Shown: positions 46,591 to 57,455 of the stretch, piece by piece | How the letters are laid out: every line of letters starts with the position of its first letter | Numbering within the stretch: the first letter of the stretch is position 1 | Assembly: GCA_963842885.1 (NCBI GenBank) | Contig: CAWJIE010000003.1 | Location: 194,684-258,683 of the forward strand | Direction: 5' to 3' | Length of the DNA stretch: 64,000 nt | Source: an uncultured Nitrososphaerota archaeon | GTDB taxonomy: Archaea > Thermoproteota > Nitrososphaeria > Conexivisphaerales > DTJL01 | Translations under genes and position numbers: made by a program | The notes under the pieces: model-generated | Database searches by the model: none | Seen by the model: the letters and a program-made list of their open reading frames with translations, nothing else | Told to the model about the DNA's origin: nothing

Positions 46591-46593
46591 CTT

Positions 46594-47322
46594 CTAGGCC
46601 CCCTTGTTCTTCGGCGTGGAATCCCCGAAGTACTTGCTTATGACGGCCTCTCTCTGAATCTTGTACACCGTCTTGCAGGCCTCCTTTGCCATGTTGAACG
46701 CCTGCTCAAACTCGTCCCTCGTCAGGTATCCGTCCATCTGCAGAAGGGTGACTTGGTCCAAGTTGGGCATGTAGGCCACTGGCAAATCCACCTGACCCTC
46801 CTTGTCCTCTTCGTCGCAGAGGTCCAAGATGAGGTGGTCCTGAGCCTTTCCGGCGGCTACGGCCACCACAAGATCTCTCATGGTGATTCCGGCGTCGGCA
46901 AGGGCGGCAGCCGCAGCGGTGATGCTGGCTGCCCTCGAGCCTCCGTCGGACGTCAGCACCTCAACATAGATCTCGATGGCCGTGCGCGGGTACTCCTCGA
47001 GTATCAGGGCGGGCGTCAGTGCCTCCCTGATGACCTTGGATAGCTCGATCTCGCGCCTCGAAGGCTGCGGCGCCTTCCTGTCGGGCACGGAGAACGGAGT
47101 CATGTGATACCTGCACTTCAGGACGGCCCTGTCAGCCATCGCGATGTGCTTCGGGTGGCATTCCTTGGGGCCGTGCACGGCGGCGAAGATCTTGTTCTTC
47201 CCCCATTCGATGTACGCGGACCCGTCGGCGTTCTTCAGCACGCCGACTTCGATCTTGACGGGCCTGAGTTCGTCGAACTTTCGCCCGTCAATCCTCAACC
47301 CGTTTTCGTCTATCAGGTTCAT
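46594..47322 (-). CDS. rrp41: Exosome complex exonuclease Rrp41 (RNase PH)
   Basis: 242 aa; RIDGRKFDELRPVKIEVGVL..DGSAYIEWGKNK..LTSDGGSRAASITAAAAALADAG. Confidence 0.9.
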   Translation of the reverse strand: MNLIDENGLRIDGRKFDELRPVKIEVGVLKNADGSAYIEWGKNKIFAAVHGPKECHPKHIAMADRAVLKCRYHMTPFSVPDRKAPQPSRREIELSKVIREALTPALILEEYPRTAIEIYVEVLTSDGGSRAASITAAAAALADAGITMRDLVVAVAAGKAQDHLILDLCDEEDKEGQVDLPVAYMPNLDQVTLLQMDGYLTRDEFEQAFNMAKEACKTVYKIQREAVISKYFGDSTPKNKGA

Positions 47323-48125
47323 TCTTTTTTCTCCTCCAATGAATCTTCATCCTGTGCTGGCGCCTCAGTCGGCGCGCCTGCACTGGTCGCGGCGGCAGCC
47401 GCTTCAGCCTTTGGAGCCTGCTCCTGGTTCACAGGAGGCTCTTCGGTGAGGCCCAGCCTCTCCGCCAGGAACCTCTCTATCTTCTCCGTCAGGCCCGATG
47501 TGTGGGCCAGGTCCTCCACCATATGGATGGCTTCGGACGCGAGGGCTGCCCCTTCTGGCGAACCCGACACGATGATGTATCCGTTCTGGCCGATGATGAG
47601 CTTGCATCCAGACGCGTCCTCAATCATCTTGGTCATGCTCCCTCTCCTGCCGATCAACCTGGGGACCTTGACGGGCTCGATCTTGATGACTTCGCCCCTC
47701 GGTGCCAGGCCCAGCCTGGGTCCCGAGACCGAAAGCATCGGGTCCTTGGACCTGTCAAAAGCGGCCACTATGGCTATGATCGTCTCTCCTACGTCGAACT
47801 TGCTACGGAGGTCGTCCTTTTCGGCACTGAACCTGCGCCCGTAGACGCCTGACGCCGGCAAGAAGGCCGGGAAGAACGAGTTGATGTCGACAGTCCATGC
47901 GAATGCGGAAACATCCGTCACAACCCCGACGACCACATCGTCGGGCTTGGGGACGTAGGGCCCCGAAAGCGGGATCACTTTAACCTTGTTTCCTTCAAGC
48001 TCGCACAGTCCGACGCGCATCGCGTAGATCTTGTTCCCTATCGAGTAGGCGTTGCTAACCGGAACGAAGTCCCCTTCGGCTATAACGTCGCCTGGGACAA
48101 CATACTTTCTTTCCACTTTGCTCAA
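47319..48125 (-). CDS. rrp4: Exosome RNA-binding subunit Rrp4 (S1 plus KH domains)
   Basis: 268 aa; VVPGDVIAEG N-terminus, an S1 block and KH block RLIGRRGSMTKMIEDASGCKLIIGQNG. Confidence 0.85.
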   Translation of the reverse strand: MSKVERKYVVPGDVIAEGDFVPVSNAYSIGNKIYAMRVGLCELEGNKVKVIPLSGPYVPKPDDVVVGVVTDVSAFAWTVDINSFFPAFLPASGVYGRRFSAEKDDLRSKFDVGETIIAIVAAFDRSKDPMLSVSGPRLGLAPRGEVIKIEPVKVPRLIGRRGSMTKMIEDASGCKLIIGQNGYIIVSGSPEGAALASEAIHMVEDLAHTSGLTEKIERFLAERLGLTEEPPVNQEQAPKAEAAAAATSAGAPTEAPAQDEDSLEEKKE

Positions 48126-48137
48126 TTTGGTTTCTAT

Positions 48138-48827
48138 TCACTCCACGGGAGAGACTTGGGCTGTCCCTTTCGTCGCCGATCCGAGCCTGTCGAGGAGGCT
48201 TCTCTGGGTGGCGATCGGTATCTCGATGATGGCATCGAGGCCACCGTCGCTGCGCCATTCCTCTTTCAGGATCTCACCGAAGCTCTTCAGGGTGCCCAGC
48301 GTCTGCGGCGCGTGAATAGCGTCGGCGTGCACCTTCAGCCTGATGTTCCCTGTCTTCAGAGGTAGGATGGCCCTGAGCTCGTCTATGATCTTCTTCGCCT
48401 GCTCTTCGGCATCCTTGTTCGGGTCGATCACAACGCGTACCTGCTGCAAGGCCTGCTCTATCCTCATCGGAGGATGAGGCAGGTTGGTCTTCGGGTCGAC
48501 GTAGTTCTTGGAGATGAAGCTAACTATCTGCTTCCGCTTCTCATCGACCATCTTTCTTCGCTGGTCGGTGGTCAGCTGGATGTCACCCTTCTGAAGGATC
48601 GCCTGGGCCACTTGCTCGAAGTTGGAAGTCTTGAAACTTCTCATCAACTTCTCCTCCGAAGCCCTCTGGCCCTTGTTTGAATCCGTGTAGATTTCGTCGG
48701 CGGCCAGTATCTGGCTCAGGTCCACCTTCTTGCCCAGCTTGTAGTTCAGAGCCGCATCAGGATCGACAAGTATCTCGAACCTGTCGCCTCCCACCACAAA
48801 GCGGACGGTGGTCAGCTTATCAGCCAA
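48138..48827 (-). CDS. SBDS-family ribosome maturation protein (Sdo1)
   Basis: 229 aa; RFEILVDPDAALNYK, EIYTDSNKGQRASEE and QIVSFISKNYVDPKT. Confidence 0.85.
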   Translation of the reverse strand: MADKLTTVRFVVGGDRFEILVDPDAALNYKLGKKVDLSQILAADEIYTDSNKGQRASEEKLMRSFKTSNFEQVAQAILQKGDIQLTTDQRRKMVDEKRKQIVSFISKNYVDPKTNLPHPPMRIEQALQQVRVVIDPNKDAEEQAKKIIDELRAILPLKTGNIRLKVHADAIHAPQTLGTLKSFGEILKEEWRSDGGLDAIIEIPIATQRSLLDRLGSATKGTAQVSPVE

Positions 48828-48913
48828 TTCTCTCCTTCACTAGGCGATAAGTCGTGGGTAATATAAAGATATACTCCTTCTTGTTCATACGAAACGATAA
48901 CGAAAGGAGTGGT

Positions 48914-49658
48914 CTACTTGGGAGTTTCAGCGGGTTCGCCGGGCTTCGATACCTTGGCGATGAAGGAGTTGATCTCCTCTTCAGTGAGTTTCCGCATTGT
49001 CTTCGTCTTGGCGTCGACGACGGCCATCTTGATGTGCTTTGGCTCGGCCTTGTCCTCGCCGCTCTTCCCTACGCTCTCCACCGCGAGAATGCAGGCGGCT
49101 TCCAAGGACATTCCACGGGAGTACTTCTGTTCCAAGAGCTCGTTCACTTGGTCGCCTCCGCCTCCGATGGCGATGGCGTCGTATCCGAGATACGTCCCAC
49201 TGGGGTCCGTAACGAAGATGGAGGGCCCGTTCTTGTCCACGCCAGCGATGATGAGTGAGACACCGAAGGGTCTCACGCCGGCGTACTGCGTGAACTGCTG
49301 TGCGGCGTCGCCAAGATGGCGGGCGATCCCTTCAACGTCGATCGGCTTCGTCGTAGATCAGCCTGTTGTTCTGGGCCTGGGTCCTCGCCTGGTCCACCAT
49401 GACTCGGGCATCGGGGACGTAACCGGCAGCTGCGATGCCGATATGGTCGTCCACCTGAAAGAGCTTCTGGCTCAGCTCGCCGTTCTGAAGCTTCCTGACG
49501 CGTTCCTCAGCGCAGAGCACGACTCCTTCCTCGCACTTGATGCCGATTGCGAGGGTCCCCCGCCTGACCGTCTCGATGGCATACTCAACCTGGTAGAGGC
49601 GACCATCGGGCGAGAATATAGTTAGTGCCCTGTCATATCCGGCTGATGGAGCAAACAC
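48914..49658 (-). CDS. psmA: Proteasome alpha subunit; apparent frameshift near 49346-49348
   Basis: YDRALTIFSPDGRLYQVEYA..GIAAAGYVPDARV, then PIDVEGIARHLGD..RPFGVSLIIAGVD in the next frame. Confidence 0.85.
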
Positions 49659-49766
49659 TGTAGATATTCACCGACTTAGTTAGCCTAGAAAATCGGTTCT
49701 TTTTAACTCTTTTTGGACTTCGTAACAATGCGTTTAAGACCTCGGCGTGTCTCTCCAGACTGAACC

Positions 49767-50795
49767 TTGAAGCCCATTCTTTGGGAGGACGGCTCTCTGT
49801 CGGTTCTGGACCAGCGTCTCCTCCCGACCAGGAAGGTCTGGCGCCGGGTCGAGGACGCCCAGGACGCCCATGATTTCATTAGCGACATGGTAGTGAGGGG
49901 AGCGCCCCTTATCGGAGTCGTCGCGGCCTTCGGCGTCGCCCTGGAAGCCGGCCGTTCGCGCGAATCTGACCCAGCGGCCCTTAGGAAGAGACTGAAAGGC
50001 GTGGCTGACATGATTTCTTCGGCGAGGCCTACTGCCGTGAACCTCGCGTGGGCCGCCCGCCGAGTCTCCGAATCCATCAGCGGAGCATCGTCGGTGAAGG
50101 AGATCAGGCGGAGAGCCTTGGAGGAGGCCGTCTCCATTATGGAGGAGGAGCGGGCCATGAATGAGAAGATCGGCGAGCATGGTGCATCGCTTATCAGTGA
50201 TGGCGACACCGTGCTGACCCACTGCAACGCCGGCTCTCTCGCCACCGTCGACCTTGGGACGGCCCTGGCCCCCATCAGGACGGCCATGGCACAGGGAAAG
50301 GAGGTCAAGGTGTTCGCGACGGAGACCAGGCCCGCCCTGCAGGGAGCCCGGCTGACGGCATTTGAGCTGATGGAGGACCACATCGACGTTACTTTAATCT
50401 GCGACACCATGGTGGGTTTGACGATGTCAAGGGGTCTGGTGGACAAGGTGCTCCTGGGTGCAGACAGGGTCCTCGCCGACGGCACTGTCTACAATAAGAT
50501 CGGAACATATCAGATAGCGGTCCTGGCCCAGCGGCACGGCATACCGTTCTACTCCGTCTTCCCGAAGTCCACCTTCGACTTCAAGAGCCGGGCCGATCAG
50601 GTGCATATCGAAGAGCGCAATCCCGTGGAGGTCACTACCATCCGGGGAAGGCGCATCGCTCCAAAAGGCGTGAAAGTCTTCAACCCGGCCTTCGACGTGA
50701 CGCCACCGGAGCTCGTGACCGCATATGTGACCGATCGTGGCATCGAACGACCTCCGTTTGAAAAAACGATAATTCATGAGCTCCGACGAGGGTAA
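49767..50795 (+). CDS. mtnA: Methylthioribose-1-phosphate isomerase (eIF-2B alpha/beta/delta family)
   Basis: 342 aa; LDQRLLP, MVVRGAPLIG, ARPTAVNL, THCNAGSLAT, ETRPALQGARLTAFEL, GADRVLADG..YNKIGTY. TTG start. Confidence 0.8.
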   Translation: MKPILWEDGSLSVLDQRLLPTRKVWRRVEDAQDAHDFISDMVVRGAPLIGVVAAFGVALEAGRSRESDPAALRKRLKGVADMISSARPTAVNLAWAARRVSESISGASSVKEIRRRALEEAVSIMEEERAMNEKIGEHGASLISDGDTVLTHCNAGSLATVDLGTALAPIRTAMAQGKEVKVFATETRPALQGARLTAFELMEDHIDVTLICDTMVGLTMSRGLVDKVLLGADRVLADGTVYNKIGTYQIAVLAQRHGIPFYSVFPKSTFDFKSRADQVHIEERNPVEVTTIRGRRIAPKGVKVFNPAFDVTPPELVTAYVTDRGIERPPFEKTIIHELRRG

Positions 50796-50880
50796 ATATG
50801 GTCCTTATTTGCGTTCTACTGTACATAAGAGGGATAACCAAGCAATATTATTAAGGCACGCGTCGTATGCATCGGTTGGT

Positions 50881-51997
50881 TTGTCTGCTGCAGCTATCCA
50901 CAGAGGTCTGGAGGACGTCTTAACTGGAGAGAGCAGGATCTGCTACATCGACGCCATCAAGGGGACTCTTCTCTACCGGGGTTACGACGTGGAGGAGCTG
51001 GTGCAGAAGTCCACGGCTGAAGAGGTGGCCTACCTCCTCCTCTACGGCAACCTGCCCAAGAAGTCCGAGTTGGATCGTTTCAAGCAGGAGCTCCTGAGCA
51101 GGTGCGCCGTCCCCAACCAGGTGCTCACGATAATCGGGAGCTTCCCCGCCGAACGGAACGCGATGGATATGCTGCGGACAGCTGTCTCGGCCCTCTCCCT
51201 CTACGACGTGGTCCCCAACGACCCCCTTAAGCAGAGCATGTCGATCGTCGCGAAGATGCCCAACCTGATATCCGCAGTTTACAGGCAGAAGCAGGGCGAA
51301 TGGTTCGTACCCCTCCGCAAGGACCTGTCTTTGGCGGCGACCTTCCTCTACTCAAGCTATGGGACGGAGCCCGACCCTCAGGACTCGAAGGTCCTGGACG
51401 CCCTGCTGATACTCCATGCAGACCACGAGCTCAACGCGTCGACCTTTACGGCCAGGGTGGCTGCCTCCACCCTCTCCGACGTCTATTCATCTTTCGTCAG
51501 CGCCATAGGCGCCCTCAAAGGACCCCTCCACGGAGGGGCCAACCAGATGGCATTCGAGATGCTCGAGGAGATAGCCGAGCCCGGCAGGGCAGAGCAGTAC
51601 GTCCTGGGCAGGCTGGCCGAGAAGAAGAAGATCATGGGCTTCGGCCATCGCGTCTATCGGCTCCAGGACCCGAGGGCGGCCATAATGCGGGGCTTCCTCC
51701 AAGACATATCCAAGAGGAAGGGGAACAACACATACCTCGAGATCATAGACGAGCTCGAGAAGGTCATGAAGAAGGAGAAGGGCCTCTACTCCAACCTCGA
51801 CCTCTACACTGGCTCCATCCTGCACCTGTTGGGATACCAGTCGTACATGGACCCGCTCTTCTTCGCGGTGGGCAGGTCCGCCAGGCTGGCTGGCTCACAT
51901 TCTCGAGCAATACCAGGACAATAAGATCATACGCCCCAGGGCCGAATACGTGGGCGAGATGTACAGGCCCTACATGCCCATCGAGAAGAGGATGTAG
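50881..51997 (+). CDS. gltA: Citrate synthase; apparent frameshift at about 51883
   Basis: GLEDVLTGESRICYIDAIKGTLLYRGY, ILHADHELNASTF, GPLHGGANQ and GFGHRVY. The tail AGWLAHILEQYQDNKIIRPRAEYVG lies in the next frame. TTG 50881 chosen because 50790-50880 is AT-rich and promoter-like. Confidence 0.85.
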
Positions 51998-52048
51998 GTC
52001 TCAGGACGAGGATATCTCTTTTAAGCCTATTACGGGTAGAAAGCACGC

Positions 52049-52141
52049 GGGCCCGTCGTCTAGCTTGGATTAGGACGCTGAATCCATCGATGCGCAAGCC
52101 TTCGGAGCCGGAGATCGGGGGTCCGAATCCTCCCGGGCCCG
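52049..52141 (+). tRNA. tRNA-Arg (anticodon UCG) with a 17-nt intron at the non-canonical 29/30 position; CCA not encoded
   Basis: Manual fold: acceptor GGGCCCG/CGGGCCC. D stem GTCT/GGAC. T stem GGGGG/CCTCC with loop TCCGAAT. Removing 52081-52097 (AATCCATCGATGCGCAA) gives anticodon stem CTGGC/GCCGG and loop CTTCGGA. A bulge-helix-bulge with symmetric cut sites can be drawn. Confidence 0.7.
52081..52097 (+). other. Predicted tRNA intron (17 nt) inside the anticodon stem
   Basis: The gene is 17 nt longer than a standard tRNA of this layout. The excised form gives 5 perfect or wobble anticodon-stem pairs, U33 and G37. Proposed BHB: bulges UG|A and AA|G flank a 4-position helix (ACGC:GCGC, one A.C mismatch), with inner hairpin AUC[CAUC]GAU. 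Confidence 0.6.
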
Positions 52142-52453
52142 CTGAAATTTATCTATTCTTGACCATATTCTTCCATGTCACTCACAATAGATCTCCTATT
52201 ATGTTGGGTTCTGTACATACCGTGGAGCGCCGATTCTCTGATCGCGTGTGGTATGGGAATCCAAATCTGGGCGGATTCCAGCATCCTGCTGGGGCCGAAT
52301 CCCCAGCGGTGCGGGCTCGCGCAGGTCCCAGCCAATGCTCGGGATGTACGGTAAGGGCCTAGAGTTGCCTTGGGCTACTGCCTTCACAGCCCACTCCATT
52401 CTAACGGAGTTGCTTTTTCGGCTTCGGGGGATAAAGCCGAGGATGGTCTTGCA

Positions 52454-52470
52454 AAATCCCTTTTAAAAGA
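52454..52470 (+). promoter_or_regulatory. Putative TATA promoter (AAAATCCCTTTTAAAAG) for the P-type ATPase
   Basis: TTTTAAAAG lies about 35 nt upstream of GTG 52503. Confidence 0.4.
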
Positions 52471-52502
52471 CCACCAAGCGGCGTTCTCTCGAGGAGAGTA
52501 GG

Positions 52503-54918
52503 GTGGCGCCCAAGGAGACCTCCGATTACAGGGGAGCGTCGGTGGAAGAAGTCCTCGGGGCGCTACATTCAAGCCTCCAACGGGCTAGGATGAGGCCGAG
52601 GTTCAGGCCCGCCTGAAGAGGTTCGGATACAACGAAGTATCAGAGAAGAAAAGGAATCCCGCCAGGGAATTCCTCATTCGGCTGTGGGGTCCCATGCCTT
52701 GGCTGCTGGAGCTGGCAGCGGTCCTGGCCTATCTTCTGGGGCATGGAATTGAAGCGGCCATAATCGTGGTCTTGCTCCTGATGAACTCAGTAATCGGCTT
52801 CAGACACGCCCAGAGCTCGACGAAGGCTCTAGAGCTCTTGAAGTTGAGACTGGCCATCAGGGCGAAGCTGCTGCGTGACGGAAGGTGGACGACCAAGGAG
52901 GCGAGGGAAATCGTGCCAGGCGACATCTTCGTCGTCGGCCTGGGCGACTTGGTGCCCGCCGACGCGATGGCGCTTGATGGGGAGCTCTCGGTTGACCAGT
53001 CGGCGCTGACCGGTGAATCAATGCCGGTCCGGGTCACCCCTCAGGGCATAGTCTACTCTAGCTCCGTCGTGACCAGGGGGGAAGCCAAATGCGTGGCGCT
53101 CAACACCGGCGCGAACACGTTCTTCGGTAAGACCGCGGAGCTCGTGAAGGTGTCCAAGCCCAAGTCGCACCAGGAAGGGATCATGCTGGGCATCATCAGG
53201 TACATGATGTACGTGAGCATAGTCGCCCTGGCGTTGGTGACGGCTTACGCCTTCTACATCAACGAGGACTACGCATCCATCCTCACCTTCGCCGTCATCT
53301 TCCTCCTGGCGGCCGTACCCGTGGCACTCCCGGCGGTGCTGACCGTCGTCCAGGCGGTGGGCGCGATGCAGCTCGCCAAGCGTGGAGCGCTGGTGACAAG
53401 GCTGGACTCGGTTGAGGACGCGGCCTCCATGGACGTGCTCTGCCTGGACAAGACGGGGACCATAACCCAGAACAAGCTGTCAGTGACCGGCGTGGTCGCC
53501 TTCTTCGGTCACAGCAACGAGGAAGTCATGGAGATGGCTGCGCTCGCCTCAAAGTCCGAGAGCAAGGACCTCATCGACCTGGCCGTCATCGACTACGCTA
53601 GCGTCTTTGAAGGCCTCGCCAAACGGCTTTCAACAGGTGGCCTTTACGCCGTTCGAGCCTTCAACTAAGGTCGCCGAAGCGATGGTAAAGCGCGGCGACC
53701 ACAGCTTCAGGACAGTGAAGGGATCGCCACAGACGGTTGTCACCATGTGCTCCGGCCTTTCCCGAGACGATGCGACAGAGGTGACCGAAGCAGTCGAAGA
53801 GCTGTCAAGGAAGGGGTACAGGTCTCTGGGCGTGGCCCAATCCTCCGACGATCCCAGGGACCTGCGCTTCTTGGGAATCATTTCCTTGGCGGACCCGGTC
53901 AGGCCGGATTCGAAGGAGATGATCGAAGACGCCAAGGAGCTGGGCATAAGGCCCATCATGCTGACTGGCGACAGCATCGCCATAGCTGAGGAGATAGCTC
54001 AGCAGGTCTCCATAGGCGGTAAGATCGTGGAAGTTGAGGAGCTGAAGAAGCTGGGCGACCAGCAGCAGGGAAGGCTCGTCGAAGAGTGTGGAGGCTTCGC
54101 CCAAATCTACCCGGAGGACAAGCACCGCATAGTCAAGCTGTTGCAGTCGAACGGCCATGTGGTCGGCATGACCGGCGACGGCGTGAACGATGCCCCTGCG
54201 CTCAAGCAGGCCGAGATGGGAATAGCTGTTAGCACGGCCACGGACGTAGCCAAGTCATCTGCCAGCGTCGTCCTGACTGAGCAGGGGGTGGGGGTCATAA
54301 TCGACGCGGTCAGGCTCAGCAGGCAGACATACCAGAGGATGCTGTCTTGGGTGATAAACAAGGTGACCAAGACGATTCAGGTGGTAGGCCTGCTGACCAT
54401 CGGGTTCTTCTGGACACATGAAGTGCTCCTTTCTCTTTTAGGGATGACCCTCCTCGTCTTCGCTAACGATTTCGCCACCATGTCCCTCTCGACCGACAAC
54501 GTCAAGCACACGATTAGCCCTAACGTATGGAACATACGCAGGATTACCTTCGCTTCATTGATTATCGGGCTGTTCCTTGTGCTGGAGGGCGTCGTCGGGG
54601 CCTACGTGGGAATGACATACTTCCATCTCGACCTTCCACAGTTGCAAACCCTGGTGCTCGTGCTGCTGGTCTTCACCAGCCAATTCAGGGTACTTATCGT
54701 GAGGGAGAGGAAGCATTTCTGGTCCTCCATGCCCGGGGCGGGACATGCTCATCTCCTCGGTGGCGACCACCGCGGCCTTTGTAGCCCTGGGCACGTTCGG
54801 CCTGATAATCCCCGCCATCCCGTTCTATCAGGTGCTATCGATGTTGGGCTTTGCACTGGTCTTCATCGCCCTTCTGGACCTGCCGAAGTATTTGGCTTTC
54901 AAGAAGTTCGGGCTGTAG
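52503..54918 (+). CDS. P-type (type IIIA-like) H+-transporting ATPase; at least three or four apparent frameshifts
   Basis: N-terminus SVEEVLGALHSS..DEAEVQARLKRFGYNEVSEKK, PGDIFVV, TGES, CLDKTGTITQNKL, MLTGDSIAIA and GMTGDGVNDAPALKQA. Frame changes near 52575-52590, 53612-53620 and 54735-54745. Confidence 0.85.
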
Positions 54919-55126
54919 TCGAAGACGGAGTTCGGCCGGCGAGCGTCCAATTGACCTATTGCTTTCAATGACACGAAGATGAAGGAAGTCATCGCATTAG
55001 CAGGTCCAAGCCTACGTCTAGGAGTCTGCATCCTCAATCCCACTCTTATTCAAAGGTGCCCAAAATCGTCGCAGTTTCTTCCGACTGGCACATAGGGCGG
55101 TAGGCCGCGTAGATAATCGGTCGAGG

Positions 55127-56515
55127 TTGGGGATGGTTCTCCTTCCTGCATCTGGCTCGGCGTCGGTTCACAGGGAAGATGAAGGGGTGATTGTGGACTC
55201 CGACCACAAGGTCCCATTCGACCTCCTTATTGTGGGAGGAGGAATACTCGGGATTTCGGTCGCGGCCTGGATGGCGAACCTGTTTGAAGGGAGGATGGCG
55301 ATCCTCGAAAAGGAGCAGGCATTTGCCATCCACACCACCAGCCGAAACACCGGCGTCGTTCATCGGCCTTTCTATCTCGACCCCGTCAAGAAGAAGACAT
55401 TCGCTCGGTCAGCTCAGATCTCGTTCCCCTTCTGGAGAGAGTGGGCAAGACGGAAGGGCCTTCCTTGGGTACAGCGCGGAACGCTCGAAGTGGCCACCGA
55501 ACCGAGTCAGCTGGCAACTATCAGGCGATACCTCGAATGGGGCAAGGCTAACGGGATGGAGGACTCCGAGCTCGAAATCCTCGACGCGAAGGAAGTTGCC
55601 AGGCTGGAACCCAGGGTCAGCTGCGAGGGCGCCATCCATTGTCTCACCGATACCTGCGTGAACTACTTCGACCTTGCTGCATCTCTTCTTGAAGAAGCCC
55701 GCTCTAAGGGCATGGCCGCGTTAGGGGGCTCTCGGGTCACCGGATTGTCCGAAAGAGATGGGATGGTCGAAGTACGTATCGAGGGCCTCCCTACGCCCTT
55801 CTATGCGAAATGCTTGGTCAATTGTGCCGGTGGAAGCTCTCTCGATTTGGCTCGAATGTTGAACGTTGGGGGAGAATATGAAGACCTCCACTTCAGGGGC
55901 GAGTACAGGCTGGTCGACGCGGACTTCGGAAAATCGGTCAGCAGGAACGCGTATTCTGTCCCGAGGCATACGGAGTTCCCGTTTCTGGATCCCCATTTCA
56001 TCGTCAGGGCGGACGGCCGCCGTGAGGTCGGCCCCAACGCCGTGCTTGTCGGGGGTCCCTACGTCTATAGGGGCATCGCGAATAGCCCGATGGAACTCAT
56101 ATCCAAGCTCGTGGAGAGGCCGATGATGCCGAAGCTCAGGCTCATTACTAGCTCGAGTTTCATCTCCTTGGTCTCTCAGGAGTGGAGAAGCTCCCTTTCA
56201 GCTTCAGAGATGTGCGCCCGCGTCAAGCGTTTCATCCCGTCCCTTACGACCGCCAATTTCGTTGGGAGGGGCATCGCCGGGGTGCGCAGCTCAGTCATCG
56301 GACCCAAGGGCTTCGTCCCCGAAGCGATCGAACTGTCGACCGCGCACTCGTACCATGTATTGAACTACAATTCTCCAGGCGCTACAGGCGCTCCCGCCTA
56401 TGCGGCGCTCGTGGTTTCAAACATGATGCGTAGCGGCCATTTGGAGGGTCTGAAACCGAAAGGCGCGAAACCCTTCTGGGATTTCGACGACGTGATGACG
56501 GCCTTCAGAAGGTAG
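55127..56515 (+). CDS. FAD-dependent oxidoreductase (DAO family, L-2-hydroxyglutarate oxidase-like)
   Basis: FDLLIVGGGILGISVAAW dinucleotide-binding motif, AILEKE and SRNTGVVH. The true start is probably downstream of the track start. Confidence 0.65.
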   Translation: MGMVLLPASGSASVHREDEGVIVDSDHKVPFDLLIVGGGILGISVAAWMANLFEGRMAILEKEQAFAIHTTSRNTGVVHRPFYLDPVKKKTFARSAQISFPFWREWARRKGLPWVQRGTLEVATEPSQLATIRRYLEWGKANGMEDSELEILDAKEVARLEPRVSCEGAIHCLTDTCVNYFDLAASLLEEARSKGMAALGGSRVTGLSERDGMVEVRIEGLPTPFYAKCLVNCAGGSSLDLARMLNVGGEYEDLHFRGEYRLVDADFGKSVSRNAYSVPRHTEFPFLDPHFIVRADGRREVGPNAVLVGGPYVYRGIANSPMELISKLVERPMMPKLRLITSSSFISLVSQEWRSSLSASEMCARVKRFIPSLTTANFVGRGIAGVRSSVIGPKGFVPEAIELSTAHSYHVLNYNSPGATGAPAYAALVVSNMMRSGHLEGLKPKGAKPFWDFDDVMTAFRR

Positions 56516-56574
56516 CACGGGGAGGTGACTCGTCGCCGTCGCTCGCATACCTTCGGCTGGCTTAAAGGATCTTT

Positions 56575-57455
56575 CTATGAGATTCGCGAAGTCTCCAGCC
56601 GACGCCCTTGGGCGTAGAGCGCCAGTGGCTTGCTCGTTCCCTTCCTGAAGTGGGCCAATACTTCGGCCAGAACGCTCACGGCGATCTCCTGAGGCGTCGA
56701 TGCACCTATGTCCAGCCCTACAGGGGCGTGAACCCTTGAAGAGAGGGAGGAGACGTCCAGTCCAGTCTCCTTCGCCACGCGGGCAAAAATGGTCTGAACC
56801 CTGTGGCGGCTCCCTATCATACCTATGTAGCCAGCCCGCGTTTTCAGTGCCGCCGTCAGCGCCGGGACATCATTCTTGTGCCGGGTCACGATGACGATCC
56901 CGGACAGGTCGTCGACATGGACCTTCGGCAGCCCCTCTTCATGGCGCGCCTTCAAATAACTGCTGGAGCTGGGGAGGACCACCGACGGAGGTATGGGATC
57001 CACCAGCACGGTCCCCATTTCAAGGAAATGGGCCAGCTCTACGATGCTCGTTGCCACGGGCCCCGACCCCAGCACCACCAGCCTCAACTCTGGCCTGACG
57101 AGCTCCACAAGGACGTCCACCTTCCCGCCGCAGAGCATGCCTACGCCACCCGTTTCCTGCTCCTCTAGAAGCATTGAGCGCACCTCTACGACCGACTCCG
57201 CCCTGCTCCTGTCTTCGGGCCCTTTCTCCCTTTCCTTGGCCAGCATCTGGAGAGCCAAGTCGACGGCATCATTCTCAAGACAATCGCCTCCGATGGTCCC
57301 TATCCGCGAGCCGTCCTCCAGGACCACCATCTTGGCCCCCAGACCCCTGGGGCTAGAGCCCTTGCTCCCGATGATCGTGATCGTAGCGAAGGGCTCACCC
57401 CTAGCTCGAGAGCTCCGCCATCTTGCCGTAGAGGTCCGAGGCCCGCAAACTTATC
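56575..57455 (-). CDS. Second XdhC/CoxI-family protein; apparent frameshift near 57390-57400
   Basis: GEPFATITIIGSKGSSPRGLGAKMVV..GTIGGDCLE, VVLGSGPVAT and YIGMIGSRHR. The N-terminal helix (DLYGKMAELSS) lies in a different frame upstream. Confidence 0.7.

Noticed and set aside
52289-52306. T-arm-like hairpin CTGGGGCCGAATCCCCAG as part of another tRNA or an att duplication of tRNA-Arg
   Set aside because: No complementary acceptor strand or D/anticodon arms could be found on either strand. The flanking bases do not match the 3' end of tRNA-Arg.
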